Assembly (NCBI RefSeq): GCF_056712565.1
Contig: NZ_CM160072.1
DNA: 64,000 nucleotides
Direction: 5' to 3' (one strand)
Shown: positions 31,938 through 45,979 of the stretch, piece by piece
Layout of the letters: each line of letters starts with the position of its first letter
Numbering within the stretch: position 1 is the stretch's first letter
Notes under the pieces: generated by a model
Told to the model about the DNA's origin: nothing
Databases searched by the model: none
The model's input: the letters and a program-made list of their open reading frames with translations, nothing else
Made by a program: the position numbers and the translations under genes

Positions 31938-32261
31938 CTACAGGCGGTGGCGATAATCGCTGGGAGTGCGATCAAACTGCCGACGGAAAACGCGGGAGAA
32001 GGTCTGCTGAGAGACATAACCCAGGTCCATTGCGATATCAAAAATCGGACGCTCGGTGGTGCGCAACTCAACGGCGGCCAGTAACAGACGGCGCTGGCGA
32101 ATGTAATCGCCAAGCGTCTGATGCGTCACCGTGCGGAACATCCGTTGCAAGTACCACTTTGAATAGCCAGATTTTTTTGCGACGACATCAATGTTAAGCG
32201 GCTGGTCAATATGCTCGTCAATCCATGCGATAAGATCCTGAATAATTTTCTGATGGGACAT
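31938..32261 (-). CDS. soxS: superoxide-response AraC-family activator SoxS
   Basis: 107 aa; MSHQKIIQDLIAWIDEHIDQPL... Confidence 0.95.
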   Translation of the reverse strand: MSHQKIIQDLIAWIDEHIDQPLNIDVVAKKSGYSKWYLQRMFRTVTHQTLGDYIRQRRLLLAAVELRTTERPIFDIAMDLGYVSQQTFSRVFRRQFDRTPSDYRHRL

Positions 32262-32317
32262 AAATCTGCCTCTTTTCAGTGTTCAGTTCGTTAATTCATC
32301 TGTTGGGGAGTATAATT

Positions 32318-32335
32318 CCTCAAGTTAACTTGAGG
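32318..32335. promoter_or_regulatory. SoxR-binding palindrome in the soxS promoter
   Basis: Perfect 18-bp palindrome CCTCAAGTTAACTTGAGG between divergent soxS and soxR. Confidence 0.85.
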
Positions 32336-32346
32336 TAAAGCGATTT

Positions 32347-32811
32347 ATGGAAAAGAAATTACCCCGCATTAAAGCGCTGCTAACCCCCGGCGAAGTGGCG
32401 AAACGCAGCGGTGTGGCGGTATCGGCGCTGCATTTCTATGAAAGCAAAGGGTTGATTACCAGTATCCGTAATAGCGGCAATCAGCGGCGATATAAACGTG
32501 ATGTGTTGCGATATGTCGCAATTATCAAAATTGCTCAGCGTATTGGCATTCCGCTCGCAACCATTCGTGAAGCGTTTGGCGTGTTGCCAGAAGGGCATAC
32601 GTTAAGTGCGAAAGAGTGGAAACAGCTTTCGTCCCAATGGCGAGAAGAGTTGGATCGGCGCATTCATACCTTAGTGGCGCTGCGTGACGAACTGGATGGA
32701 TGTATTGGTTGTGGCTGCCTTTCGCGCAGTGATTGCCCGTTGCGTAACCCGGGCGACCGATTAGGAGAAGAAGGTACCGGCGCACGCTTACTGGAAGATG
32801 AACAAAACTAA
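32347..32811 (+). CDS. soxR: redox-sensing MerR-family regulator SoxR
   Basis: 154 aa; [24 protein letters not shown]; [2Fe-2S] cysteine cluster [12 protein letters not shown]. Confidence 0.95.
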   Translation: MEKKLPRIKALLTPGEVAKRSGVAVSALHFYESKGLITSIRNSGNQRRYKRDVLRYVAIIKIAQRIGIPLATIREAFGVLPEGHTLSAKEWKQLSSQWREELDRRIHTLVALRDELDGCIGCGCLSRSDCPLRNPGDRLGEEGTGARLLEDEQN

Positions 32812-32840
32812 AGCGCCACAAGGGCGCTTTAGTTTGTTTT
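32810..32840 (+). terminator. soxR terminator stem-loop
   Basis: AAAGCGCC-ACAAG-GGCGCTTT followed by AGTTTGTTTT. Confidence 0.55.
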
Positions 32841-32955
32841 CCGGTCTTTGTCTTTCTCTCTATCCCGCTGGTACACAGGAGGGTTTCCCCCGACGTCAAC
32901 ACACCTCATTCGAGCACGTGGTGGAGGTTCCGGTTGGTGTTGATGCTTTAATTGT
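32815..32955 (-). ncRNA. ryjA: possible RyjA small RNA (position by synteny only)
   Basis: In K-12 a roughly 140-nt sRNA lies convergent to soxR just downstream of it; boundaries here are approximate and not supported by any motif I can read. Confidence 0.25.
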
Positions 32956-33357
32956 ATGTTACCGGCGTTTCTTCGCCAGTGTAAAAGTACACTTTTTAGC
33001 CGCAATATTTTTGTCATCTCAGACGATTTTTTATCGCAATCCTGAACGGTATACGGCTCGATAACGCTGCAATCTTGCGCATCGACGATAACGTTTGCGC
33101 ATCAATTGCCTGGTTTTTCATCGTCAAGACAATAAAAGAGAAAAAAGCAGCAAACTTCGGTTGAAAAAGCCGCTATGATCGCCGGATAATCGTTTGCTTT
33201 TTTTACCACCCGTTTTGTATGCGCGGAGCTAAACGTTTGCTTTTTTTGCGACGCAGCAAATTGTCGCAAACCTGGAGCAGGAAGATAACGTTTCGCTGGC
33301 AGGGGATTGTCCGCCACGCATCTTGACGAAAATTAAACTCTCAGGGGATGTTTTCTT

Positions 33358-34707
33358 ATGTCTACGCCATCAGCGCGTACCGGCGGTTCACTCGACGCCT
33401 GGTTTAAAATTTCACAACGTGGAAGCACTGTCCGTCAGGAAGTGGTTGCCGGGTTAACAACGTTTCTGGCGATGGTCTACTCGGTTATCGTCGTTCCAGG
33501 CATGCTGGGTAAAGCGGGCTTCCCGCCTGCGGCAGTTTTCGTTGCAACCTGTCTGGTTGCCGGACTCGGTTCTATCGTGATGGGTCTGTGGGCTAATCTG
33601 CCGTTGGCGATTGGTTGCGCCATCTCTCTGACGGCGTTTACCGCATTCAGTCTGGTGCTGGGGCAACATATTAGCGTACCTGTCGCGCTGGGTGCCGTGT
33701 TCCTGATGGGTGTGCTGTTTACGGTAATTTCTGCCACGGGTATCCGTAGCTGGATTTTGCGCAACTTGCCGCACGGTGTGGCGCACGGCACGGGGATTGG
33801 TATCGGTCTGTTCCTGCTGCTGATTGCTGCTAATGGTGTCGGTCTGGTGATTAAAAACCCACTTGATGGTCTGCCCGTCGCGCTGGGGGATTTCACGACC
33901 TTTCCGGTGATGATGTCGTTGGTGGGGCTGGCAGTGATTATCGGCCTGGAAAAACTGAAAGTCCCTGGTGGCATTCTGCTGACCATTATCGGTATCTCAA
34001 TTGTCGGTTTGATCTTCGATCCTAACGTCCATTTCTCCGGCGTTTTCGCCATGCCTTCATTGAGCGATGAAAACGGCAATTCACTGATTGGCAGCCTGGA
34101 CATTATGGGTGCGCTGAATCCTGTAGTCCTGCCAAGTGTTCTGGCACTGGTGATGACGGCAGTATTTGATGCCACCGGAACTATCCGTGCCGTCGCCGGT
34201 CAGGCGAACCTGCTGGATAAAGATGGGCAGATCATCGACGGCGGGAAAGCACTGACCACCGACTCCATGAGCAGCGTTTTTTCTGGCCTCGTGGGTGCAG
34301 CTCCGGCAGCGGTATACATCGAGTCTGCGGCGGGTACGGCGGCGGGCGGTAAAACCGGTTTGACGGCTATCACCGTTGGCGTGCTGTTCCTGCTGATTCT
34401 GTTCCTCTCTCCGCTCTCTTACCTCGTTCCGGGGTACGCAACGGCTCCGGCGCTGATGTACGTTGGCCTGCTGATGCTGAGCAACGTGGCGAAAATCGAC
34501 TTTGCTGATTTTGTTGATGCGATGGCGGGTCTGGTTACGGCGGTATTCATCGTGCTGACCTGTAACATCGTAACAGGCATCATGATTGGCTTCGCGACTC
34601 TGGTGATTGGTCGTCTGGTTTCCGGCGAATGGCGCAAGTTGAACATCGGTACGGTCGTTATTGCCGTGGCGCTGGTGACCTTCTATGCGGGTGGCTGGGC
34701 TATCTAA
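33358..34707 (+). CDS. ghxP: guanine/hypoxanthine permease (NCS2 family)
   Basis: 449 aa; conserved position after soxR. Confidence 0.9.
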   Translation: MSTPSARTGGSLDAWFKISQRGSTVRQEVVAGLTTFLAMVYSVIVVPGMLGKAGFPPAAVFVATCLVAGLGSIVMGLWANLPLAIGCAISLTAFTAFSLVLGQHISVPVALGAVFLMGVLFTVISATGIRSWILRNLPHGVAHGTGIGIGLFLLLIAANGVGLVIKNPLDGLPVALGDFTTFPVMMSLVGLAVIIGLEKLKVPGGILLTIIGISIVGLIFDPNVHFSGVFAMPSLSDENGNSLIGSLDIMGALNPVVLPSVLALVMTAVFDATGTIRAVAGQANLLDKDGQIIDGGKALTTDSMSSVFSGLVGAAPAAVYIESAAGTAAGGKTGLTAITVGVLFLLILFLSPLSYLVPGYATAPALMYVGLLMLSNVAKIDFADFVDAMAGLVTAVFIVLTCNIVTGIMIGFATLVIGRLVSGEWRKLNIGTVVIAVALVTFYAGGWAI

Positions 34708-34725
34708 TCTTACATAGGATTCTGA

Positions 34726-34758
34726 AAACGGGTGGCAATGGCTGCCCGTTTTTATTTT
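34726..34758 (+). terminator. rho-independent terminator after ghxP
   Basis: AAACGGG-(12-nt loop)-CCCGTTT followed by TTTATTTT. Confidence 0.6.
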
Positions 34759-34857
34759 CTCCGCACATTGTGTGAGCTTTTGCGATATTCTGAAAAAATG
34801 AGAATTCAGGCATAACGCCTTTCTCAGATCATAAAAAACATCGCAAACAGGGAACGC

Positions 34858-36507
34858 ATGGAAATCTTCTTCACCATACTGATAATGACCCTCGTGGTCT
34901 CGCTGTCCGGGGTGGTCACTCGTGTCATGCCCTTTCAGATCCCGCTTCCGCTTATGCAAATCGCCATCGGTGCGCTACTGGCGTGGCCGACGTTTGGTTT
35001 GCATGTGGAGTTTGATCCTGAACTCTTTTTAGTCTTGTTTATCCCGCCGTTGCTGTTCGCTGATGGCTGGAAAACGCCGACCCGTGAATTTCTCGAACAT
35101 GGGCGAGAGATTTTCGGCCTCGCGCTGGCGCTGGTGGTGGTCACCGTGGTCGGCATTGGCTTCCTTATTTACTGGGTGGTGCCGGGCATTCCGCTGATCC
35201 CCGCCTTTGCGCTGGCTGCGGTGCTTTCTCCGACCGATGCTGTAGCGCTCTCCGGGATTGTTGGCGAGGGGCGCATCCCGAAAAAAATCATGGGCATTTT
35301 GCAGGGCGAAGCGTTGATGAATGACGCCTCCGGCCTGGTGTCGTTGAAGTTTGCCGTGGCAGTGGCGATGGGGACAATGATCTTCACCGTCGGCGGTGCG
35401 ACGGTCGAATTTATGAAAGTGGCAATAGGCGGTATTCTCGCCGGTTTTGTGGTGAGCTGGCTGTATGGTCGCTCGCTGCGATTCCTCAGCCGCTGGGGCG
35501 GTGATGAACCCGCGACGCAGATCGTTCTGCTGTTCTTGCTGCCATTCGCTTCTTATCTGATTGCGGAACATATTGGCGTTTCCGGCATCCTCGCTGCGGT
35601 TGCCGCCGGGATGACCATCACCCGCTCCGGTGTGATGCGCCGTGCGCCGCTGGCAATGCGCCTGCGCGCAAACAGCACCTGGGCGATGCTGGAATTTGTC
35701 TTTAACGGCATGGTGTTCCTGCTGTTAGGTCTGCAGTTGCCGGGGATTCTGGAGACGTCGCTGATGGCGGCAGAAATCGACCCTAACGTCGAAATCTGGA
35801 TGCTGTTTACCGATATTATTCTGATATATGCGGCGCTGATGCTGGTCCGTTTCGGCTGGCTGTGGACGATGAAAAAGTTCAGCAACCGCTTCCTGAAGAA
35901 GAAGCCGATGGAGTTTGGTTCGTGGACTACACGAGAAATCCTGATCGCGTCTTTCGCCGGGGTGCGTGGGGCGATCACTCTGGCCGGTGTGCTCTCTATC
36001 CCGCTTCTCTTGCCGGATGGTAACGTCTTCCCTGCGCGCTATGAGTTGGTGTTCCTGGCGGCTGGCGTCATTCTCTTCTCATTGTTTGTCGGCGTGGTGA
36101 TGTTGCCTATTCTGCTACAACACATAGAAGTCGCGGACCATTCGCAACAATTGAAAGAGGAACGTATTGCACGAGCGGCAACGGCAGAAGTGGCGATTGT
36201 GGCGATCCAGAAAATGGAGGAGCGTCTGGCGGCGGATACCGAAGAGAATATCGATAACCAGCTGCTCACAGAGGTTAGTTCTCGCGTCATTGGTAACCTG
36301 CGTCGTCGCGCCGATGGACGTAATGATGTAGAAAGTTCAATCCTGGAAGAGAACCTGGAGCGTCGCTTCCGTCTGGCGGCATTGCGTTCTGAACGTGCTG
36401 AACTGTACCACCTGCGCGCCACGCGGGAGATCAGTAACGAAACGCTGCAAAAATTACTGCACGATCTCGATTTGCTTGAAGCGTTGCTGATTGAGGAAAA
36501 TCAGTAA
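34858..36507 (+). CDS. yjcE: Na+/H+ exchanger family protein (CPA1)
   Basis: 549 aa polytopic membrane protein; conserved position. Confidence 0.9.
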   Translation: MEIFFTILIMTLVVSLSGVVTRVMPFQIPLPLMQIAIGALLAWPTFGLHVEFDPELFLVLFIPPLLFADGWKTPTREFLEHGREIFGLALALVVVTVVGIGFLIYWVVPGIPLIPAFALAAVLSPTDAVALSGIVGEGRIPKKIMGILQGEALMNDASGLVSLKFAVAVAMGTMIFTVGGATVEFMKVAIGGILAGFVVSWLYGRSLRFLSRWGGDEPATQIVLLFLLPFASYLIAEHIGVSGILAAVAAGMTITRSGVMRRAPLAMRLRANSTWAMLEFVFNGMVFLLLGLQLPGILETSLMAAEIDPNVEIWMLFTDIILIYAALMLVRFGWLWTMKKFSNRFLKKKPMEFGSWTTREILIASFAGVRGAITLAGVLSIPLLLPDGNVFPARYELVFLAAGVILFSLFVGVVMLPILLQHIEVADHSQQLKEERIARAATAEVAIVAIQKMEERLAADTEENIDNQLLTEVSSRVIGNLRRRADGRNDVESSILEENLERRFRLAALRSERAELYHLRATREISNETLQKLLHDLDLLEALLIEENQ

Positions 36508-36514
36508 TCTGCAT

Positions 36515-36538
36515 GGTTGGCGGGCGAGCCCGCCAACC
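36515..36538. terminator. bidirectional stem-loop between yjcE and the convergent LysR-type gene
   Basis: GGTTGGCGGG-CGAG-CCCGCCAACC, perfect 10-bp stem. Confidence 0.55.
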
Positions 36539-36542
36539 CGAC

Positions 36543-37427
36543 TTACTCTGGCGTTAACCAGTATCCTTCACAACAGCTCAGCCACGCGTGGGCAGAGTGG
36601 GAAAGGTAAACGCCCTCACGCCAAATCATTCCTAATTTCCAGCTTAGTTCGCTTTCCAGCGGTAGCCATTTTAAGGTGTTTTTATCTAATCGCTGGCAAA
36701 TGGGTTCCGGCAATATGGCTATTCCGACACCGGCCTGAACCATCGCGGCGAGAAAATCCCATTGCCCGCTGCGAACTGCAATTCTCGGCTTAACGCCATG
36801 TTCATCGAATAACTTCATCAATTGCTTACTTAAGGCAAAATCTTCGTTATAGATAAGTAGAGGATGTTCCGCCAATGTCTCCGGTGAGACGGCATCACAT
36901 TCAAGCCATTTACCTGAATGTGGCGTCAGTACACATAGTGGATGACTAAACAGCGATAACGTTGTCAGGCCGCTTTCTTCTACTGGCAGGGCTGTCAGTG
37001 CCATATCCAGTTCACCGTTCATCACCGCTTGTTGTACCGTCAGACCACCAAACTCCGAAATTTTCAATTCTACGCCGGGGTAACGCTGGCGAAAAAGGCC
37101 AATCGGCCCGGCCATCAACATCCCAACCATCGGCGGGATTCCCAGCCGCAAAACGCCGGTTTTAAGCTGATTGATATCGCTAAGCTCAGCTTCCAGTTGC
37201 CGAAACTCAGCCAGTAAAGCCAGCCCGCGCTCAAATACGACGCGACCAGTATCAGTGAGAAGCAGCCGACGACCATCGCGGATCAACAATATACAGTTCA
37301 GCTCATCTTCGAGATTCTTCAGCATCTTGCTGATAGTTGGTTGGGTGACAAACAACTTCTCCGCTGCGCGGGTGAAGCTTTGCTGGCGCACGACTTCGAC
37401 AAAATAACGCAGCGTTCTGATATCCAT
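36543..37427 (-). CDS. LysR-type transcriptional regulator, divergent from the LrgA/LrgB-like pair
   Basis: 294 aa; N-terminal wHTH IRTLRYFVEVVRQQSFTRAAEKLFVTQPTISKMLKNLE; LTTR co-inducer domain. Confidence 0.85.
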   Translation of the reverse strand: MDIRTLRYFVEVVRQQSFTRAAEKLFVTQPTISKMLKNLEDELNCILLIRDGRRLLLTDTGRVVFERGLALLAEFRQLEAELSDINQLKTGVLRLGIPPMVGMLMAGPIGLFRQRYPGVELKISEFGGLTVQQAVMNGELDMALTALPVEESGLTTLSLFSHPLCVLTPHSGKWLECDAVSPETLAEHPLLIYNEDFALSKQLMKLFDEHGVKPRIAVRSGQWDFLAAMVQAGVGIAILPEPICQRLDKNTLKWLPLESELSWKLGMIWREGVYLSHSAHAWLSCCEGYWLTPE

Positions 37428-37530
37428 AACTATTCCCTTTGACTATACCTGCAATGATTTTAATTCATTTCAGTCAGGGGCGAGCGCTCTCTATACTTAC
37501 CATTCTGTTTTATTTTCAGGATATCCTCTC

Positions 37531-37941
37531 ATGCCCGTGGCGCTTCGCCGCATTACCCCTGCCGTAGTGCAATCTATCCAGGTATTTTTTCAGGTTGTGC
37601 TGTATGCAGGTTTATTTATTTTTGCGCAGTATCTCGTCTCCTGGCTGCATTTGCCGCTGCCTGCCAACCTGGTGGGGATGATCCTGATGCTGGCGCTGAT
37701 TGTTTGTCGCATTCTTCCTCTGCAATGGGTTCGAGCCGGGGCGCGTTGGCTATTGGCCGAAATGTTGCTGTTTTTTGTCCCTGCCGTGGTGGCTGTGGTG
37801 AACTATGCACAACTATTACTGGTGGATGGCTGGCGTATTTTTGCTGTGATCGCGCTGAGTACGGTGATGGTGCTGGGCACGACTGCCTGGGTAGTGGAAA
37901 AAGTCTATCGCTATGAAATGCGCAGGTTAAACCGTGGCTAA
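37531..37941 (+). CDS. CidA/LrgA-family small membrane protein (YohJ-like)
   Basis: 136 aa; four predicted TM helices; paired with the downstream LrgB-family gene. Confidence 0.8.
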   Translation: MPVALRRITPAVVQSIQVFFQVVLYAGLFIFAQYLVSWLHLPLPANLVGMILMLALIVCRILPLQWVRAGARWLLAEMLLFFVPAVVAVVNYAQLLLVDGWRIFAVIALSTVMVLGTTAWVVEKVYRYEMRRLNRG

Positions 37942-38623
37942 TTTTCAGCTAAGTATGCTCTGTCTGGCAATTACGCTAGTTATCTATTTTCTTAACAAAC
38001 GCCTTTATCGCCGCTTTCGTAAATTGCCATTGATGCCTCTGGTGCTGACGCCTACGCTACTGGTTATGCTGCTGGTTTTTGGCAATATTTCCTGGCAAAA
38101 CTATATTGGCGAAGCGCACGGGTTACTATGGCTATTAGGTCCGGCCACCATCGCCTTTGCGGTACCAGTGTATGACAATCGGGCGATCATTAAGCGTCAC
38201 TGGATGTCGTTGACGGCAGGCGTACTGACGGCAACGGTGGTGGCAGTGACCAGCTCAGTGTGGCTGGCGCGATTGTTTACCCTGCCAGATGAGATCCAGC
38301 GTAGCCTGGCGGTGCGTTCGGTCACTACGCCATTTGCTTTGGCAGCGAGCCAGTCGCTCGGCGGACAGCCTGATCTGGTGGCGCTGTTTGTGGTGGTCAC
38401 CGGTGTGTTTGGCATGGCGATTGGCGACGTGTTGTTTTTACGTCTCTCTATTCGCGAAGGGATGGCGAAAGGTGCTGGATTCGGCGCGGCATCTCATGGT
38501 GCCGGGACTGCGCGGTCATATGAACTGGGTCAACAAGAAGGCGTAGTTGCAAGCCTGGTCATGATGCTTTCAGGTGTATTGATGGTATTGGTTTCGCCGC
38601 TGGTGGCCAGGATGATGTTCTGA
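37934..38623 (+). CDS. CidB/LrgB-family membrane protein (YohK-like)
   Basis: 229 aa from GTG 37934 (alternative ATG at 37955); aligns with E. coli YohK as I recall it (GTASHALGTARCAELDYQEG vs GAASHGAGTARSYELGQQEG); overlaps the LrgA-like stop by 8 nt. Confidence 0.8.
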   Translation: MANFQLSMLCLAITLVIYFLNKRLYRRFRKLPLMPLVLTPTLLVMLLVFGNISWQNYIGEAHGLLWLLGPATIAFAVPVYDNRAIIKRHWMSLTAGVLTATVVAVTSSVWLARLFTLPDEIQRSLAVRSVTTPFALAASQSLGGQPDLVALFVVVTGVFGMAIGDVLFLRLSIREGMAKGAGFGAASHGAGTARSYELGQQEGVVASLVMMLSGVLMVLVSPLVARMMF

Positions 38624-38661
38624 AGAAATTCCCCGATCAAGCGACCGGGGAAGGGGAGAGA

Positions 38662-40622
<1,961 letters not shown>

Positions 40623-40699
40623 CACAGATTCTCCAGAGGTAATGTAGGGATTGTTTTAATTCCCGCTCCCTTATGGGAGAAGGTTAACGCTTGGGTAAC

Positions 40700-40905
40700 C
40701 CTTGCCGAATGTAGGCCGGATAAGGCGTTATACGCCGCATCCGGCAATCAATGCCTGATGCGACGCTGTCGCGTCTTATCAGGCCTACAGCCGTTGCCGA
40801 ATGTAGGCCGGATAAGGCGTTCACGCCGCATCCGGCAACCAGCGCCTGATGCGCCGCTGTCGCGTCTTATCAGGCCTACAAACCGTTACCGACTCGCATC
40901 CGGCA
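40700..40905. repeat. REP/BIME cluster: two tandem roughly 90-bp units of palindromic REP sequences between yjcH and acs
   Basis: Two near-identical units each containing GCCGGATAAGGCGTT...ACGCCGCATCCGGCA and TGCGACGCTGTCGCGTCTTATCAGGCCTAC palindromic cores. Confidence 0.85.
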
Positions 40906-40913
40906 ATTGTGGG

Positions 40914-42872
40914 TTACGATGGCATCGCGATGGCCTGCTTCTCTTCAAGCAGCTTCTCGACTACGCCAGGATCGGCAAGCGTCGAGGTATCGCCCAGGTT
41001 GCTGGTATCGCCCGCCGCAATTTTGCGCAGAATACGGCGCATAATTTTGCCGGAGCGGGTTTTAGGCAGGGAGTCGGTCCAGTGCAGCACGTCTGGCGTC
41101 GCCAGCGGGCCAATCTCTTTACGCACCCAGTTGCGGACTTCTGCGTACAGTTCTGGTGACGGTTCCTCCCCGTGATTAAGCGTGACGTAGGCGTAGATCG
41201 CCTGACCTTTAATATTGTGCGGAATACCGACCACAGCGGCTTCGGCAATTTTCGGATGCGCCACCAGCGCCGACTCAATCTCTGCCGTCCCCAGGCGGTG
41301 ACCGGAGACGTTCAGCACGTCGTCCACGCGCCCGGTGATCCAGTAATAGCCATCTTCATCGCGACGCGCGCCGTCGCCGCTGAAATACATATTTTTGAAG
41401 GTGGAGAAGTAGGTCTGCTCAAAACGTTCGTGATCGCCAAACAGAGTACGCGCCTGACCCGGCCAGGAGTCGGTGATCACCAGACTGCCTTCGGTGGCCC
41501 CCTCCAGCGGGTTACCTTCGTTATCGACCAGCGCTGGTTGCACGCCGAAGAACGGACGTGTTGCCGAACCGGCTTTCAGCTCGGTAGCGCCAGGCAGTGG
41601 CGTGATCATGAAACCGCCAGTTTCGGTCTGCCACCAGGTGTCGACCACCGGGCATTTCTCATTGCCGATCTTCTTCCAGTACCACTCCCACGCTTCCGGG
41701 TTAATTGGCTCGCCCACGGAACCGAGAATGCGCAGCGACGAACGGTCGGTGCCTTCGATCGCTTTATCGCCTTCCGCCATCAGCGCGCGAATCGCCGTGG
41801 GCGCGGTATAGAGAATATTGACCTGATGCTTGTCCACCACCTGCGCCATACGGGCAGGCGTCGGCCAGTTCGGTACGCCTTCAAACATCAGCGTGGTCGC
41901 GCCGCAGGCCAGCGGGCCATACAGCAAATAACTGTGTCCGGTAACCCAGCCCACATCGGCGGTGCACCAGTAGATGTCGCCCGGATGATAATCAAAGACA
42001 TATTTAAAGGTCAGCGCCGCGTACACCAGATAACCGCCGGTAGTGTGCAGCACGCCTTTTGGCTTACCGGTAGAACCGGAGGTATAGAGAATAAACAGCG
42101 GATCTTCGGCGTTCATCTCTTCCGCCTGGTGCTGATCGCTGGCTTGCTCAACCAGGTCGTGCCACCACAGGTCGCGCCCTTCCTGCCAGTCAATTTTTCC
42201 GCCAGTACGCTTCAGTACCACCACATGCTCTACGCTGGTGACGTTCGGGTTTTTCAGCGCGTCATCAACGTTTTTCTTCAGCGGAATACTACGCCCGGCA
42301 CGCACACCTTCGTCGGAAGTGATCACCAGTCGTGAACTGGAGTCGATAATGCGTCCGGCAACGGCTTCCGGCGAGAAGCCGCCGAAAATCACCGAATGTA
42401 CCGCGCCAATGCGGGCGCAGGCCAGCATCGCGACCGCGGCTTCCGGTACCATCGGCATATAAATCGCAACTACGTCACCTTTTTTAATGCCCAGTTCGAG
42501 CAGGGTATTGGCGAAGCGGCAGACGTCGCGGTGCAGCTCTTTATAGCTAATATGTTTGCTCTGGCTGGCGTCGTCGCCTTCCCAGATGATGGCGGTACGA
42601 TCGCCGTTTTCTTGCAGATGGCGGTCAAGGCAGTTTGCCGCCAGATTCAGCGTGCCGTCCTCGTACCATTTAATGGACACATTACCGGGGGCAAAGGAGG
42701 TGTTTTTCACCTTCTGGTACGGTGTGATCCAGTCGAGAATTTTTCCCTGTTCGCCCCAGAAGGTATCTGGTGCGTTAATAGATTGTTGATACATCGCCTC
42801 GTACTGCTGAGGGTTTATCAGGCAACGGTCTGCGATGTTGGCAGGAATGGTGTGTTTGTGAATTTGACTCAT
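40914..42872 (-). CDS. acs: acetyl-CoA synthetase
   Basis: 652 aa; [25 protein letters not shown]...; AMP-binding motif [11 protein letters not shown]. Confidence 0.97.
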   Translation of the reverse strand: MSQIHKHTIPANIADRCLINPQQYEAMYQQSINAPDTFWGEQGKILDWITPYQKVKNTSFAPGNVSIKWYEDGTLNLAANCLDRHLQENGDRTAIIWEGDDASQSKHISYKELHRDVCRFANTLLELGIKKGDVVAIYMPMVPEAAVAMLACARIGAVHSVIFGGFSPEAVAGRIIDSSSRLVITSDEGVRAGRSIPLKKNVDDALKNPNVTSVEHVVVLKRTGGKIDWQEGRDLWWHDLVEQASDQHQAEEMNAEDPLFILYTSGSTGKPKGVLHTTGGYLVYAALTFKYVFDYHPGDIYWCTADVGWVTGHSYLLYGPLACGATTLMFEGVPNWPTPARMAQVVDKHQVNILYTAPTAIRALMAEGDKAIEGTDRSSLRILGSVGEPINPEAWEWYWKKIGNEKCPVVDTWWQTETGGFMITPLPGATELKAGSATRPFFGVQPALVDNEGNPLEGATEGSLVITDSWPGQARTLFGDHERFEQTYFSTFKNMYFSGDGARRDEDGYYWITGRVDDVLNVSGHRLGTAEIESALVAHPKIAEAAVVGIPHNIKGQAIYAYVTLNHGEEPSPELYAEVRNWVRKEIGPLATPDVLHWTDSLPKTRSGKIMRRILRKIAAGDTSNLGDTSTLADPGVVEKLLEEKQAIAMPS

Positions 42873-43123
42873 GCTTTTGTTCTCCTTGTAAGATGTTAAT
42901 AATATGTGGCATAAGCGTTAAATGTAGGGGTATTGGCAGTTTTGTTTAGTATTTGGGCGACAGATCACGCAAAAGTAGAATTGTGCAAATAAACGGCAGG
43001 GTAATTTTTGAAGGTCAGCAACAAAAGTTGATTAATTCTTTGAGGAACATGCAGTTATGCATGCTGTTGAAAAAGAGGAAGATACTGACTAACTCTAAAG
43101 TGGTATTTTACATGCACTTACAA

Positions 43124-43137
43124 TTGATTAAAGACAA
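43124..43137 (+). promoter_or_regulatory. candidate FNR site in the nrfA promoter
   Basis: TTGATTAAAGACAA versus consensus TTGAT-N4-ATCAA (two mismatches in the second half-site); about 130 nt upstream of the nrfA ATG. Confidence 0.4.
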
Positions 43138-43257
43138 CATTCATAGTGTGGTTATTTGTTACACATAGGGACGAGCAATGTCATGACAGTGTAGGTGCGG
43201 TTACTGTCGTGAAAAACAATAAAAACCGCCATTGCAACAATGGCGCAATTCGGATGA

Positions 43258-44700
<1,443 letters not shown>

Positions 44701-44744
44701 CCCCGTTCCGCCTCGCAAGGGGCGGAAAACACAATGGAGTGAAT

Positions 44745-45311
44745 ATGAGCGTATTACGTTCGTTATTAACTGCCGGGGTGCTGGCGTCGGGCCTGTTGTG
44801 GAGCCTGAACGGAATTACCGCTACCCCTGCGGCGCAGGCATCTGGTGATCGCTACGAAGTTACCCAGCAGCGTAACCCGGATGCCGCCTGTCTGGACTGT
44901 CATAAGCCAGATACCGAAGGTATGCATGGCAAACATGCTTCCGTTATCAACCCGAATAACAAACTGCCGGTCACCTGCACCAACTGCCACGGTCAGCCAT
45001 CACCGCAACACCGCGAAGGGGTGAAAGATGTGATGCGCTTTAACGAGCCGATGTACAAGGTTGGAGAGCAGAACAGCGTCTGTATGTCCTGCCATCTGCC
45101 GGAACAGTTGCAAAAAGCGTTCTGGCCGCACGATGTCCACGTAACCAAAGTGGCGTGCGCCAGCTGCCATTCCCTGCATCCACAGCAAGATACGATGCAG
45201 ACGTTAAGTGACAAAGGACGGATTAAGATTTGCGTCGATTGCCACAGCGATCAACGCACCAATCCGAACTTTAACCCGGCGTCTGTTCCGTTGCTTAAGG
45301 AGCAGCCATGA
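44745..45311 (+). CDS. nrfB: pentahaem cytochrome c NrfB
   Basis: ORF-track ORF 44739-45311 (GTG) trimmed to ATG 44745 ([12 protein letters not shown]...); 188 aa; five CxxCH motifs. Confidence 0.95.
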   Translation: MSVLRSLLTAGVLASGLLWSLNGITATPAAQASGDRYEVTQQRNPDAACLDCHKPDTEGMHGKHASVINPNNKLPVTCTNCHGQPSPQHREGVKDVMRFNEPMYKVGEQNSVCMSCHLPEQLQKAFWPHDVHVTKVACASCHSLHPQQDTMQTLSDKGRIKICVDCHSDQRTNPNFNPASVPLLKEQP

Positions 45312-45979
45312 CCTGGTCACGTCGCCAGTTTCTCACCGGCGTCGGTGTGCTGGCCGCCGTCAGCGGCACCGCAGGACGCGTGGTGGCGAAAACGTTGAAT
45401 ATCAATGGTGTGCGTTACGGCATGGTGCATGACGAGTCGTTATGCATCGGCTGTACCGCCTGTATGGATGCTTGTCGGGAAGTGAACAAGGTGCCGGAAG
45501 GCGTCTCGCGCCTGACGATTATTCGTAGCGAGCCGCAGGGCGAATTTCCTGATGTGAAATATCGCTTCTTCCGTAAGTCTTGCCAGCACTGCGATCATGC
45601 GCCGTGCGTTGATGTCTGCCCGACCGGTGCGTCTTTTCGCGACGCTGCCAGTGGGATTGTCGATGTTAATCCGGATCTCTGCGTCGGTTGTCAGTACTGC
45701 ATCGCCGCCTGTCCGTACCGCGTGCGCTTTATCCATCCGGTCACGAAGACGGCGGACAAATGCGATTTCTGCCGTAAGACCCATTTGCAGGCCGGTAAGC
45801 TGCCCGCGTGCGTTGAGGCTTGCCCGACGAAGGCGCTGACGTTTGGCAATCTGGACGATCCCAGCAGTGAGATTTCGCAACTGCTGCGCCAGAAGCCCAC
45901 TTACCGCTACAAGCTGGCGCTGGGAACCAAACCGAAGCTGTACCGCGTACCGTTTAAATACGGGGAGGTGAGCCAATGA
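45308..45979 (+). CDS. nrfC: 4Fe-4S ferredoxin-type subunit NrfC
   Basis: 223 aa; Tat signal RRQFLTG; multiple CxxCxxCxxxCP clusters; ATGA overlap with nrfB. Confidence 0.95.
   Translation: MTWSRRQFLTGVGVLAAVSGTAGRVVAKTLNINGVRYGMVHDESLCIGCTACMDACREVNKVPEGVSRLTIIRSEPQGEFPDVKYRFFRKSCQHCDHAPCVDVCPTGASFRDAASGIVDVNPDLCVGCQYCIAACPYRVRFIHPVTKTADKCDFCRKTHLQAGKLPACVEACPTKALTFGNLDDPSSEISQLLRQKPTYRYKLALGTKPKLYRVPFKYGEVSQ

Noticed and set aside
34081-34959. 292-aa minus-strand ORF overlapping ghxP and the ghxP-yjcE spacer
   Set aside because: Antisense to ghxP, crosses a rho-independent terminator, and has a His/Arg/Gln-rich composition.
40700-40905. Possible CRISPR array suggested by the repeated palindromic units
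   Set aside because: Only two tandem units with no unique spacers; the sequence is the well-known REP/BIME family; no cas genes in the window.
41172-42335. 387-aa plus-strand ORF inside acs
   Set aside because: Antisense to the highly conserved acs gene; Arg/His/Gly-rich artefact.
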